From Gammaproteobacteria bacterium (GTDB lineage: Bacteria; Pseudomonadota; Gammaproteobacteria; Eutrophobiales; Eutrophobiaceae), in NCBI GenBank assembly GCA_965601665.1, contig OZ271833.1, forward strand, positions 1,060,451-1,124,450: a DNA stretch of 64,000 nt, read 5' to 3'. The position numbers and the translations under genes were made by a program. Shown one piece after another: positions 49,116 through 61,508 of the stretch. Positions within the stretch are counted from its first letter, which is position 1. Every line of letters begins with the position of its first letter. The notes below the pieces were generated by a model, which made no database searches, was not told the DNA's origin, and saw only the letters and a list, made by a program, of their open reading frames with translations.

Positions 49116-50110
49116 TTGACACGTTATACATTGAATCAGGCGTCGCAAATCATCCGCGCGTGCAGACGCTGGTAAAGCGTTTCCCGGAGGCCAACCGTAT
49201 AGAATGTGACAACTACACGGAGGTCTTTAACCGCAAGGCGCAGAATTTCAGATTACAAAAGAAAAAGCCGGCGTTAATACTGGCAAACAAGCATAAGGGG
49301 CTGGTTCTGCCAACGCCTCGCCAGTACGGTATTGGTGCCAGGCACAACTATTACTTTTCGCATATGCTTAACTGCCTGTATGACTGCCGCTACTGCTTTT
49401 TACAAGGCATGTTTCAATCAGCGCATTACGTGCTATTTATCAACTACGAAGACTTCAATACAGAGCTGACACGACTAACCAACTTGCATCAACATGAACC
49501 GGTACACTTTTTTTCAGGCTACGATTGCGACAGCCTGGCATTGGAACCGGTTACCGGTTTTGTCGAACATTTCCTGCCCTTTTTTGAAAAACACCCACAT
49601 TGCTTACTGGAGATACGTACCAAGAGCACGCAGGCACGGTCACTATTAAACCGGGAACCTATCAATAATTGTGTGATTGCTTTCAGCTTTACCCCGGAAA
49701 ACATTAGCGAGGCGCTGGAACATAAGGTGCCTGCCATCGAAAAGCGACTGCAAACCATGGTCGCGCTGCAACAGACAGGCTGGCAGGTTGGCCTGCGCTT
49801 TGATCCGTTGATTTATACCGATAGTTTCCAGCACGATTACTCGCAGCTGTTTGAAACACTGTTTAACAGGCTGGATTCCGATTTGATTCATTCTGTCAGC
49901 CTCGGCAGCTTTCGCCTGCCGCGGGATTACTTTCGCAAGCTTGAAAAGCTCTATCCTGACGAACCATTCCTCGCATCGACATTTACCGAGGAAGATAAAC
50001 AGGTTGGTTACTCAGCCTCCTTGCGCGAAGACATGCTTCAGTTTGCTGCCAGTCATATTCAACAATACATCGATTCAGAAAGGTTCTTTCCCTGTCATGA
50101 AATGATTTGA
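49112..50110 (+). CDS. spore-photoproduct-lyase (SPL) family radical SAM protein
   Basis: C88-X3-C92-X2-C95 (CLYDCRYC) at the same position as SplB C91/C95/C98. SPL-like N-terminus (LYIE...) and a GYDCDS segment aligning with SplB SCTSD. Confidence 0.72.
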   Translation: MIDTLYIESGVANHPRVQTLVKRFPEANRIECDNYTEVFNRKAQNFRLQKKKPALILANKHKGLVLPTPRQYGIGARHNYYFSHMLNCLYDCRYCFLQGMFQSAHYVLFINYEDFNTELTRLTNLHQHEPVHFFSGYDCDSLALEPVTGFVEHFLPFFEKHPHCLLEIRTKSTQARSLLNREPINNCVIAFSFTPENISEALEHKVPAIEKRLQTMVALQQTGWQVGLRFDPLIYTDSFQHDYSQLFETLFNRLDSDLIHSVSLGSFRLPRDYFRKLEKLYPDEPFLASTFTEEDKQVGYSASLREDMLQFAASHIQQYIDSERFFPCHEMI

Positions 50111-50111
50111 C

Positions 50112-53565
<3,454 letters not shown>

Positions 53566-53640
53566 ACACATGCTATATAATACGATCCACAACTACAACC
53601 AATAAAAAGTCGTGCAGATGCAACAAGGCGACACAGACAT

Positions 53641-54294
53641 ATGGATATAGAACAAGCCCGTTACAACATGATTGAACAGCAGATTCGCACCTGGGAGGTG
53701 CTGGATCAGTCAGTACTCGACCTGCTGGGAGAAATTCGCCGGGAAGACTTTGTGCCTGACTCCTATAAAGGCCTGGCCTTCGCTGATATACGCATACCGC
53801 TTGCCAATAACCAGACGATGATGATGCCGAAAGAAGAAGCGAGGGTTTTGCAATCGCTCGAACTTGATAAGCAGGACAGTGTACTGGAAGTTGGCACTGG
53901 TAGCGGTTACCTGACTGCCCTGCTCGCCAGCAAGGCAAAGAACGTCAGGAGCATCGATATCTACCCCGAATTTACCAATGCCTGCCAGGAAAAACTCGCG
54001 AAGTGTGATATCAGCAACGTTGTCGTTGAATCAGCCGATGTATATCAACTGCTTGATAGCGGACAGGAATTCGATGCAGTCGTGCTGACGGCCTCGTTAC
54101 CGAAAATGGACGAACGGTTCCTGCATCTCGTTAAGGAAGGCGGCAGGATGTTTGTGATGATTGGCGATTCACCGGTCATGGAAGCCGGTTTGATTAACAA
54201 ACAGAACAGTACCAGCTGGTCAATGGAAGGCCTGTTCGAAACTGACTTACCACCACTGATTGGCGCACTCGAAAACGAACCTTTTGAGTTTTAG
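53641..54294 (+). CDS. protein-L-isoaspartate O-methyltransferase family paralog
   Basis: VLEVGTGSGYLTALLA SAM motif and PCM-like length. Second PCM-family gene in the window. Confidence 0.75.
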   Translation: MDIEQARYNMIEQQIRTWEVLDQSVLDLLGEIRREDFVPDSYKGLAFADIRIPLANNQTMMMPKEEARVLQSLELDKQDSVLEVGTGSGYLTALLASKAKNVRSIDIYPEFTNACQEKLAKCDISNVVVESADVYQLLDSGQEFDAVVLTASLPKMDERFLHLVKEGGRMFVMIGDSPVMEAGLINKQNSTSWSMEGLFETDLPPLIGALENEPFEF

Positions 54295-54296
54295 CC

Positions 54297-54614
54297 ATGT
54301 TAGCCATTACGCCAGAACAACTGCAAGAAAAGCTGTCTACTGGCCAAAAACCTATATTACTTGATGTGCGCGAGGAGTGGGAATACGAGATTTGTAACAT
54401 TGACGGGTCCATTCACATCAGTATGGGACAAATCAACCAGATGCTCGAACAGCTCTCTCCTGATAGTGAAACGATCGTTATCTGTCATCATGGCATGCGT
54501 AGTTTCCAGGTTGGTGCATTTCTTGAGAGTAACGGCTTCAAGCACATTGTAAATCTCGAGGGCGGCATCGATGCCTGGGCCAGGACGGTCGAGCCTGAAA
54601 TGGCAAAGTACTGA
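54297..54614 (+). CDS. single-domain rhodanese-like sulfurtransferase
   Basis: ILLDVREEWEY and the active-site loop ICHHGMRS. Confidence 0.85.
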   Translation: MLAITPEQLQEKLSTGQKPILLDVREEWEYEICNIDGSIHISMGQINQMLEQLSPDSETIVICHHGMRSFQVGAFLESNGFKHIVNLEGGIDAWARTVEPEMAKY

Positions 54615-54648
54615 TTTCAATCAATCTTATTTTTCCAGGAAGTTGTAT

Positions 54649-55977
54649 ATGTTCAGAATGAAGCGTGTTCGTCTATATACCATGGCCGCCTTATGTTGCG
54701 CGGTTGCATCAGTTAATGCGGAAGACCTGATAGATGTCTTTGCACTGGCTGAAAATAATGACCCAACCTATCTCCAGGCCAAGGCGGAATACCGGGCCGC
54801 TTTGGAAGCCAAGCCACAGGCACTCGCTCAATTACTACCCCTGATAAACCTGAGTGCGAATACCCGTAGAAATGAACAACAGGTAACGCAAGATGGATTT
54901 TTTGGCGCCCAGGGCGACTTTATATTTAACAGTCATGGCTATGTGATCAGTCTGACACAGCCGCTGTTCCGTTTTGATCGTTTTGTCGCCATGCAACAGG
55001 CGGATAGTTCAATACAGCAGGCCGCGGCTGAACTCTCCGTTGCACAACAGGAGTTAATCGTTCGTATTGCACAGCGTTATTTCGATGTTCTCGCGAGCAA
55101 GGACAATCTTACTTTTGCCCAGGCAGAGGTAAAGTCACTCGGACGGCAACTGGACCAGGCCAATCAGCGTTTTGAAGTGGGTCTTAGTGCCATTACCGAC
55201 GTTACCGAGGCACAGGCGGGCTTCGACCTGGCAACTGCGCGTGAGATACAGGCAGAGAATGCGATCGATAATGCCTACGAAGCGATTAGAGAATTAACAG
55301 GGATGTATATTACAGACTACACCGCCCTTGACGGTGAAGTGCCACTGGTAAAACCAGACCCGGATACTATCGAGGACTGGACGGAGACCGCCCTAAGCCA
55401 GAACTTCTCGATTACGGCCGCCAGGTTCGCAACTGAAGCAGCACAGAAAGAAATTAATGTACAGCGCTCAGGACATCTACCCACACTGGATTTGGTTGCG
55501 GCAAGAAACTACGATTCGACCGGCGGTCGCTTCGGTGGTGCGAGAATCAAAAACGATGCCATTGGTGTCGAGCTTAATGTCCCCCTGTTTACCGGCGGTC
55601 TCGTCAATTCGCAAACGCGCCAGGCGCTGGAAAACTATAACGCCGCGATTCAGTCCCTTGAACAGGCTCGACGCTCGGCACAACGTCTGACCCGCGAGGC
55701 ATATCTTGGTGTTATATCCGGTATCAGCCAGGTTAACGCCCTCAACCAGGCGGTGATATCCAGTGAAACGGCCCTTGAAGCCACCGAGGCAGGTTTTGAA
55801 GTTGGCACGCGAACTACCGTTGATGTTGTCTCCACACAGCGCGCACTGTCGGACGCAAGAAGAAACTATGCCCAGGCACGATACGACTACATATTGAACA
55901 GTTTACGCCTGAAACAGGCAGCTGGCACGCTGGCGCCGGATGACCTGCGCCAAATCAATAACTGGTTAACTAACTAG
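54649..55977 (+). CDS. tolC: TolC-family outer membrane channel
   Basis: Signal peptide ending SVNA, then EDLIDVFALAENNDPTYLQAKAEY. Two-repeat OEP architecture. AGGAAG lies 6 nt before the ATG at 54649. Confidence 0.9.
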   Translation: MFRMKRVRLYTMAALCCAVASVNAEDLIDVFALAENNDPTYLQAKAEYRAALEAKPQALAQLLPLINLSANTRRNEQQVTQDGFFGAQGDFIFNSHGYVISLTQPLFRFDRFVAMQQADSSIQQAAAELSVAQQELIVRIAQRYFDVLASKDNLTFAQAEVKSLGRQLDQANQRFEVGLSAITDVTEAQAGFDLATAREIQAENAIDNAYEAIRELTGMYITDYTALDGEVPLVKPDPDTIEDWTETALSQNFSITAARFATEAAQKEINVQRSGHLPTLDLVAARNYDSTGGRFGGARIKNDAIGVELNVPLFTGGLVNSQTRQALENYNAAIQSLEQARRSAQRLTREAYLGVISGISQVNALNQAVISSETALEATEAGFEVGTRTTVDVVSTQRALSDARRNYAQARYDYILNSLRLKQAAGTLAPDDLRQINNWLTN

Positions 55978-55990
55978 GATAGGTATTGAT

Positions 55991-56545
55991 ATGTCTTTAT
56001 GCAATGCAGATGACAGTTGTCTACTTTTAATCGATATACAGGAAAAATTGAGCGCAGCTGTACCTGAAAAGGTCATGAAGCGACTGCGCGCCAATGTCAA
56101 CATCCTCCTGACCGCAGCCAATAAGCTTGGTATACCGGTTATTGCTACGGCCCAATACCCCGGGGGGCTGGGGCCAATCGAAAGCTTTATTCAGGATTCA
56201 CTGAATCAAAACGCAGCACAATTCGAAAAAACGTGTTTTTCTTGCCTGGAAGCCGAAGGCGTTAAAGACCATCTACTTGCTTCCGGCCGCAAGCAACTAA
56301 TACTGACTGGCATAGAGGCACATGTTTGCGTATTGCAAACCGCATTTGATTTAAAACAGGCAGGACAGCAGGTGTTTGTTGTCAACGATGCCATCGCCTC
56401 TCGTAAGCTGAGTAGTTACGACACGGCATTGGCCAGAATGGCACAGGATAGCATCAACATTCTGACCACGGAGTCTGTGTTATTTGAATGGTTACGGGAT
56501 GCAAGCCACCCGGATTTTCGCGAACTGTCGCGACTTATTGTCTAG
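55991..56545 (+). CDS. isochorismatase-family hydrolase
   Basis: CLLLIDIQEKL ... LILTGIEAHVCVLQTA (catalytic Cys context). Confidence 0.8.
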   Translation: MSLCNADDSCLLLIDIQEKLSAAVPEKVMKRLRANVNILLTAANKLGIPVIATAQYPGGLGPIESFIQDSLNQNAAQFEKTCFSCLEAEGVKDHLLASGRKQLILTGIEAHVCVLQTAFDLKQAGQQVFVVNDAIASRKLSSYDTALARMAQDSINILTTESVLFEWLRDASHPDFRELSRLIV

Positions 56546-56985
56546 GAATCCCGGTTATTCGACTTTTCCAAAGCTAACGTTTTCCAGACAGTTGCCAGCA
56601 TCATACCTGTCATTGCACTTAACAAGCACAGGAAAAACATTTGCCGGGTATCCAGCGCACCACTTGGCATTGAAACCATAAGCAACATCATCAAGGCGGC
56701 AAACAGCATAGCGTTGAATGTAATCGAACCGGCTCCCAGCGCCGCATGGCCTGCCTTTCTCAAGCGTCCTGTCAGGCTTGTTGCCTGCCCGGCTAGCGCG
56801 TTTCGTGCTACAAGACATAGCAAACAAACTGCAACGAAGAGGGCACCAACACTAGTCGTCGTTACCGGATGACTTTGCAAATACAACAGCACGCCCAGGA
56901 TAAAAGCCGACGCCAAACCAGCAAGCAGGGTCGCCATTAACCTGTTTACCAGTTGCTCATCATATGACGTGGTTTTCTTGTTCAT
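56542..56985 (-). CDS. small polytopic membrane protein, unknown function
   Basis: About four hydrophobic segments. GAGGAG lies 6 nt before the ATG at 56985. Confidence 0.45.
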   Translation of the reverse strand: MNKKTTSYDEQLVNRLMATLLAGLASAFILGVLLYLQSHPVTTTSVGALFVAVCLLCLVARNALAGQATSLTGRLRKAGHAALGAGSITFNAMLFAALMMLLMVSMPSGALDTRQMFFLCLLSAMTGMMLATVWKTLALEKSNNRDS

Positions 56986-57184
56986 ACCGGCTCCTCGATA
57001 GTGTTTACAAACACTCATCGCAAGCGATATGCCACGCTGATTTAACGTTAAACCGGTCTCTTAACTATGCTCAAAATAGAGATAATTATCAATTAGTTAT
57101 GGCGAAATATTGAATTTAGTATTTAGAGCCCAAAGAACACCCCCTATGCAAGAGAATGCAGGTTATGTCGTTAAAGGGAGACGT

Positions 57185-59734
57185 TTACCCGGCAACATTA
57201 TCCAACGTTTCGAGCAAGGTTTTCTTTTTCACCGGTTTACCAAGATGGGAGTCACAACCGGACGCGATACATCTATCGATCTCTTCCTTAATCGCGTGCG
57301 CAGTCAGCGCAATGATAGGCGTCTTGTCCCTGCTGTTACTCTGTTCCCATGCCCTGATACGCTTGGTCGCCTCGTGACCATCCATAACCGGCATCTGTAT
57401 ATCCATGAACACGACATCAAACTGATTATTGATAAACTTCTCCAGGGCAATTTCGCCGTTTTCGGCCTCTTCAAGCGTGTGCTCTGTCTTTTTCAAGTAG
57501 GCGCGAATCAACATGCGATTATCAGGGTTATCCTCTACCAGCAAAATATGCAATGGTTTTCCGGTTGACTTGGCAGAAGCAGAACCCTGCTCGCTATTTG
57601 CAGCGGTATTATCGGCACCCGGTTCGCCACTTTGCGTTCGAAAGGCCTGCAATAATTCACTGCGTTTCAGTGGTTTTATCAAAATTTTTCGAAAGCCATC
57701 CTTTTCAGCCAGGCCCTGGTGAATTGTCATCTGTGCAGGGCCGATGGTTACCATTGTTTTCTTCCTGAGTTCTTCACTAAAAACAGCGTTCAATGGTGTC
57801 GATTCAGCATACAGCAAGTTACTGTCAACGATGATAAAGTCTGGCTCGGGTTCAGTCTCCAAAGATTGCTTTGACTCACTGAATGAGGTCGCTATACGGG
57901 TTGAAGCACCACAGTAATGAATTGTTTCCTGCAGTGCCCGACAGTTTTCTACTCTTGTATCGATTACCAACACTGTTTTGCCACCCAGGTCCGGTAGTTG
58001 TACTGGCGCTTTATCTTGCTGTTCAAGGCTTATCTCAACAAAGAACTCACTGCCAACATCTTCCTCGCTCTCTACCCACACGCGTCCATTCATCAACGTG
58101 ACCAGGTGCCGGCAGATGGTTAAGCCCAGTCCGGTACCGCCAAAGCGTCTGGTCGTGGATGCATCTGCCTGGGTGAAACTCTCAAAGATTGCCTCCAGTT
58201 TGCTAACGGGAATGCCAATACCGGAATCGCGAACCGAGAAGCAGACGCTGTTTGGATCACTATCCGTATTGGCGGCTTTTAAACAAACCACAATCTGTCC
58301 CTTATCGGTAAACTTCAAGGCGTTGCTAATCAGGTTTAACAACACCTGTTTAAGCCTGCCGGGGTCACCAACCCTGTATATGTTGATAGAGGTATCGATA
58401 TGCGTAATGATTTCTAGTTTCTTGTCCGCTGCTTTAAGTGCGTAAATATCTGCTGCTTCCTCGACAACATCCATTAGATTGATAGGAATGCTCTCCAGTA
58501 CCAGTTGTCCTGCCTCAATTTTTGACAGGTCAAGAATATCGTTAACCAGGTTAAGCAAGGCATCACCGGCTTTTCTGAACACATTGACATAGCGTGCCTG
58601 CTCATCAGTTAATGACGTATCTGTCATTAAGTCACTCATACCAATAATTGCGTTCAGCGGTGTCCTGATTTCATGGCTCATACTGGCCAAAAATTCAGAT
58701 TTCATCTTGACTGCCTTGACTGCCTCATCGCGAGCGATTTCCAGTTCAAACGTTTGTTCTTCAACCTTTTGCTCAATCACCCTGTTTCTCTCTTTTAATT
58801 CCTTTTCCTGCTGTCGCCGGGCATTCATCAGGCCATACATCAGTAACAGAATGCCTCCACCCAGTAACAAGGAGACAAAGATAAGACCCAGGTCAAGATC
58901 TTCAAAGTAGAGTGCTTTATCAATACTGACTTTAATTGAATAGGGAGGAATCTGAATTGACTCTTCGTCAACAAAATATTCAATTAAACCCCATTTATCA
59001 GAATCCTGCGCATCCCGGGAATACAGCAAGGTACGTCCGTATAAATTGACGGTCTCACTAAATAACGTCACCGTAATCGCTGTATCCACTGCACGTTGAC
59101 CGACCGCTTTCGCAGGAGATACCAGCACAGCAGCGATAGCGGTTACCGGCTGTTGTTCATTTACATTATCAATAGCATCGGCTGATTGTTGCTGGATTGA
59201 TTTGAATAACCAGTAAGGCCTGTTGCCTGCTTCCTTATTGACTACCGGGCCAGGCACGACTTTTCCTGTCGCAATTGCTGTATCCAGTGCAGGTGCGTAT
59301 TGGGGAGTTAGCATCAGATCAGCATAGTCAGCTGTATCGGTATGTCTTACCTGGTAGTTGATTGAGGTATTCCCGATGTTTTCATTTTTCTGGTAATCAA
59401 AATAAACAATGTTGTCGATATGACTATAACGGGACAATAAGTCGGTCGCGTAAGTGTTAAATTGCTGTTTGGTCACATCAGGATTAGCCGTAACAAAAGC
59501 AGCAACATTATTCGTTACATCATTTGCAGATAGTACATTGCGCTGGATCGATTGCTGGATGGCAAGCACATCATACTGAAGATTTGTCCTGGTGCGGTCC
59601 AGCGTTGTATCCCAGGCACTTTTAACAAGTGTCAGGCAGAATGCCAATCCCATGAATGTCGTAACAAGATAGGCATATCTAGATGAAGTAGCGCGGTTGT
59701 TGTCAGCGGCCACGTTGGTACTCGCTTTAGACAA
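57185..59734 (-). CDS. hybrid sensor histidine kinase / response regulator
   Basis: Two TM segments flanking a periplasmic domain of about 250 aa. H-box [13 protein letters not shown], HATPase motifs ([16 protein letters not shown]), a degenerate receiver-like segment, then a canonical receiver ([10 protein letters not shown]...[11 protein letters not shown]). Confidence 0.9.
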   Translation of the reverse strand: MSKASTNVAADNNRATSSRYAYLVTTFMGLAFCLTLVKSAWDTTLDRTRTNLQYDVLAIQQSIQRNVLSANDVTNNVAAFVTANPDVTKQQFNTYATDLLSRYSHIDNIVYFDYQKNENIGNTSINYQVRHTDTADYADLMLTPQYAPALDTAIATGKVVPGPVVNKEAGNRPYWLFKSIQQQSADAIDNVNEQQPVTAIAAVLVSPAKAVGQRAVDTAITVTLFSETVNLYGRTLLYSRDAQDSDKWGLIEYFVDEESIQIPPYSIKVSIDKALYFEDLDLGLIFVSLLLGGGILLLMYGLMNARRQQEKELKERNRVIEQKVEEQTFELEIARDEAVKAVKMKSEFLASMSHEIRTPLNAIIGMSDLMTDTSLTDEQARYVNVFRKAGDALLNLVNDILDLSKIEAGQLVLESIPINLMDVVEEAADIYALKAADKKLEIITHIDTSINIYRVGDPGRLKQVLLNLISNALKFTDKGQIVVCLKAANTDSDPNSVCFSVRDSGIGIPVSKLEAIFESFTQADASTTRRFGGTGLGLTICRHLVTLMNGRVWVESEEDVGSEFFVEISLEQQDKAPVQLPDLGGKTVLVIDTRVENCRALQETIHYCGASTRIATSFSESKQSLETEPEPDFIIVDSNLLYAESTPLNAVFSEELRKKTMVTIGPAQMTIHQGLAEKDGFRKILIKPLKRSELLQAFRTQSGEPGADNTAANSEQGSASAKSTGKPLHILLVEDNPDNRMLIRAYLKKTEHTLEEAENGEIALEKFINNQFDVVFMDIQMPVMDGHEATKRIRAWEQSNSRDKTPIIALTAHAIKEEIDRCIASGCDSHLGKPVKKKTLLETLDNVAG

Positions 59735-60032
59735 ACTTGATTTCTATATTCTGCAGGTAGTTTTCCAGAGCGGTAATGCTGGTATTGATTTCATCAATCT
59801 GTTGATTCTTGGCAGCCGTTTCAATCTCTGCGCCAAGTTCCGACATCCTGTCAAAGCCGTAGCCACCACCAACACCTTTAAGGCTGTGTCCAATTGAACG
59901 CAAGGTTTCAAAATCACTCGCTGCAGCAGCCTCTTGTAACTTGCCAATGTCTGTATTTCGATTTGCAAGGAAACCAGGTATCAGGTCTTCAAGATCCTCG
60001 TCGACTTCTACCAACACCTTCTGTTCGGACAT
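59727..60032 (-). CDS. Hpt (histidine phosphotransfer) domain protein
   Basis: 101 aa with the HSLKG phospho-His motif. Its 3' end overlaps the kinase start by 8 nt. Confidence 0.8.
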   Translation of the reverse strand: MSEQKVLVEVDEDLEDLIPGFLANRNTDIGKLQEAAAASDFETLRSIGHSLKGVGGGYGFDRMSELGAEIETAAKNQQIDEINTSITALENYLQNIEIKFV

Positions 60033-60053
60033 GTCACACTCTCTCTATAATTA

Positions 60054-61421
60054 TTATGAATCGGATGCGTTTTTGTTCCTGAATTGGTCAGGTTCAATAT
60101 TATACTGATTGAGTAATTTGTAAAATTCAGTGCGATTTCTACCGGCAATTCGTGCTGCATTGGCAACGTGTCCATGCGTAATGCGAAGCACACTTAACAG
60201 GTATTTTTTTTCAAATTCCTGTTTTGCCTCTTTTAGTGTTTGAATTTCAGTCGGTTTATCCTGAATAGCTTTCTTTACCAGCGCTAATGCAATCGATTTA
60301 CTCCTGGATAGCGTTGCGCAGAGCTCCACCACGTTAATGAGCTGTCGTACATTGCCTGGCCATGACATTTTTTGCAGGTACTTGATCGCGTCTGCAGAAA
60401 AGGATTTCTGTTCGGCGTTATTTTGACCTGCAAATCGCTCAAGAAAATGAGCGACCAGTACCGGGATATCTTCAGAACGATCCATCAAATCAGGAATATC
60501 GAGCGGTACGACCTTGATACGATAGTAAAGGTCTTCTCGAAAATCGCCGTTAGCGACGGCTTGCTCAAGGTTTCGATGTGTTGCAGAAATCAACCTGACG
60601 TCGATCGGAAATGTCTTTGTTGAGCCAACGGGCCTGACTTCAAAGTCCTGCAACACGCGCAACAGCTTTACCTGTAGTGACAAGGGCATGTCGCCAATTT
60701 CATCAAGAAATATCGTGCCGCCATTCGCCGCCTGAAACAGGCCTTCATGGCGCGTGTTGGCGCCGGTAAATGCCCCTTTCTCGTGACCAAATAACTCCGA
60801 TTCAAGTAATTGTTCAGGTATCGCACCGCAGTTAACGGCAATGAAAGGTTTATCCTTACGTTTGCTCGACTGGTGTATTGTCCTGGCGATGACTTCCTTA
60901 CCCGAGCCGGTAGGGCCAGTCACCAGCACTGATACATCCGTTTCCGCAACCAGGTCAGCCATTTCCATGATATCCGCCATGGCTTTACTCTCGAAGACAA
61001 TGTTGCCGGAAAGCCGGGAAAGCCTGTCGGGGTCCCGCGCGCGTGGCATATTCTCCTTAATGGTATCGAGCAAGCCCTGTTTATCGACCGGTTTGGTCAG
61101 AAAAGAAGAAACGCCAAGGTGCATGGCCTTTACCGCATCCGGAATCTCGGCCTGGCCGCTTAACATGATGACTGGTAACAGGGGGTTATCTGTATGAATT
61201 TCATTAAGCAGCGCCATGCCATCCATGTCATCCATGAACAGATCGGTGATTACCATGTCTGGCACAAAGACCGGCAACATCTTCAGCGCTTCTACACCCG
61301 AGTCAGCGCGCATGACCGTGTAATCAAACTCGGTCAACCATTTTTCAAGCAGGTTCAAAATATCCTGCTCATCGTCAACCACCAGAATTTTTAGTGCGGT
61401 ATTTTTATTGGTTGCCGACAT
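60054..61421 (-). CDS. sigma-54-dependent response regulator (NtrC family)
   Basis: Receiver domain (LVVDDEQD...ITDLFMDDMDG), AAA+ domain with GPTGSGKE and GAFTGA, and a C-terminal HTH. Confidence 0.92.
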   Translation of the reverse strand: MSATNKNTALKILVVDDEQDILNLLEKWLTEFDYTVMRADSGVEALKMLPVFVPDMVITDLFMDDMDGMALLNEIHTDNPLLPVIMLSGQAEIPDAVKAMHLGVSSFLTKPVDKQGLLDTIKENMPRARDPDRLSRLSGNIVFESKAMADIMEMADLVAETDVSVLVTGPTGSGKEVIARTIHQSSKRKDKPFIAVNCGAIPEQLLESELFGHEKGAFTGANTRHEGLFQAANGGTIFLDEIGDMPLSLQVKLLRVLQDFEVRPVGSTKTFPIDVRLISATHRNLEQAVANGDFREDLYYRIKVVPLDIPDLMDRSEDIPVLVAHFLERFAGQNNAEQKSFSADAIKYLQKMSWPGNVRQLINVVELCATLSRSKSIALALVKKAIQDKPTEIQTLKEAKQEFEKKYLLSVLRITHGHVANAARIAGRNRTEFYKLLNQYNIEPDQFRNKNASDS

Positions 61422-61508
61422 GGTGATACCTGGTTGCAGGACTGGTTAGCAGTCACGCTGATTCTAATTGATTTGCCGTTGGTAAAACATGAATAGATCA
61501 CATTCCAC

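Noticed and set aside
61422-61508. Looked for a divergent Qrr-like small RNA or a sigma-54 promoter next to the LuxO-like regulator
   Set aside because: The gap is only 87 bp, is bounded by the glmS stop codon, and contains no TGGCAC-N5-TTGC element.
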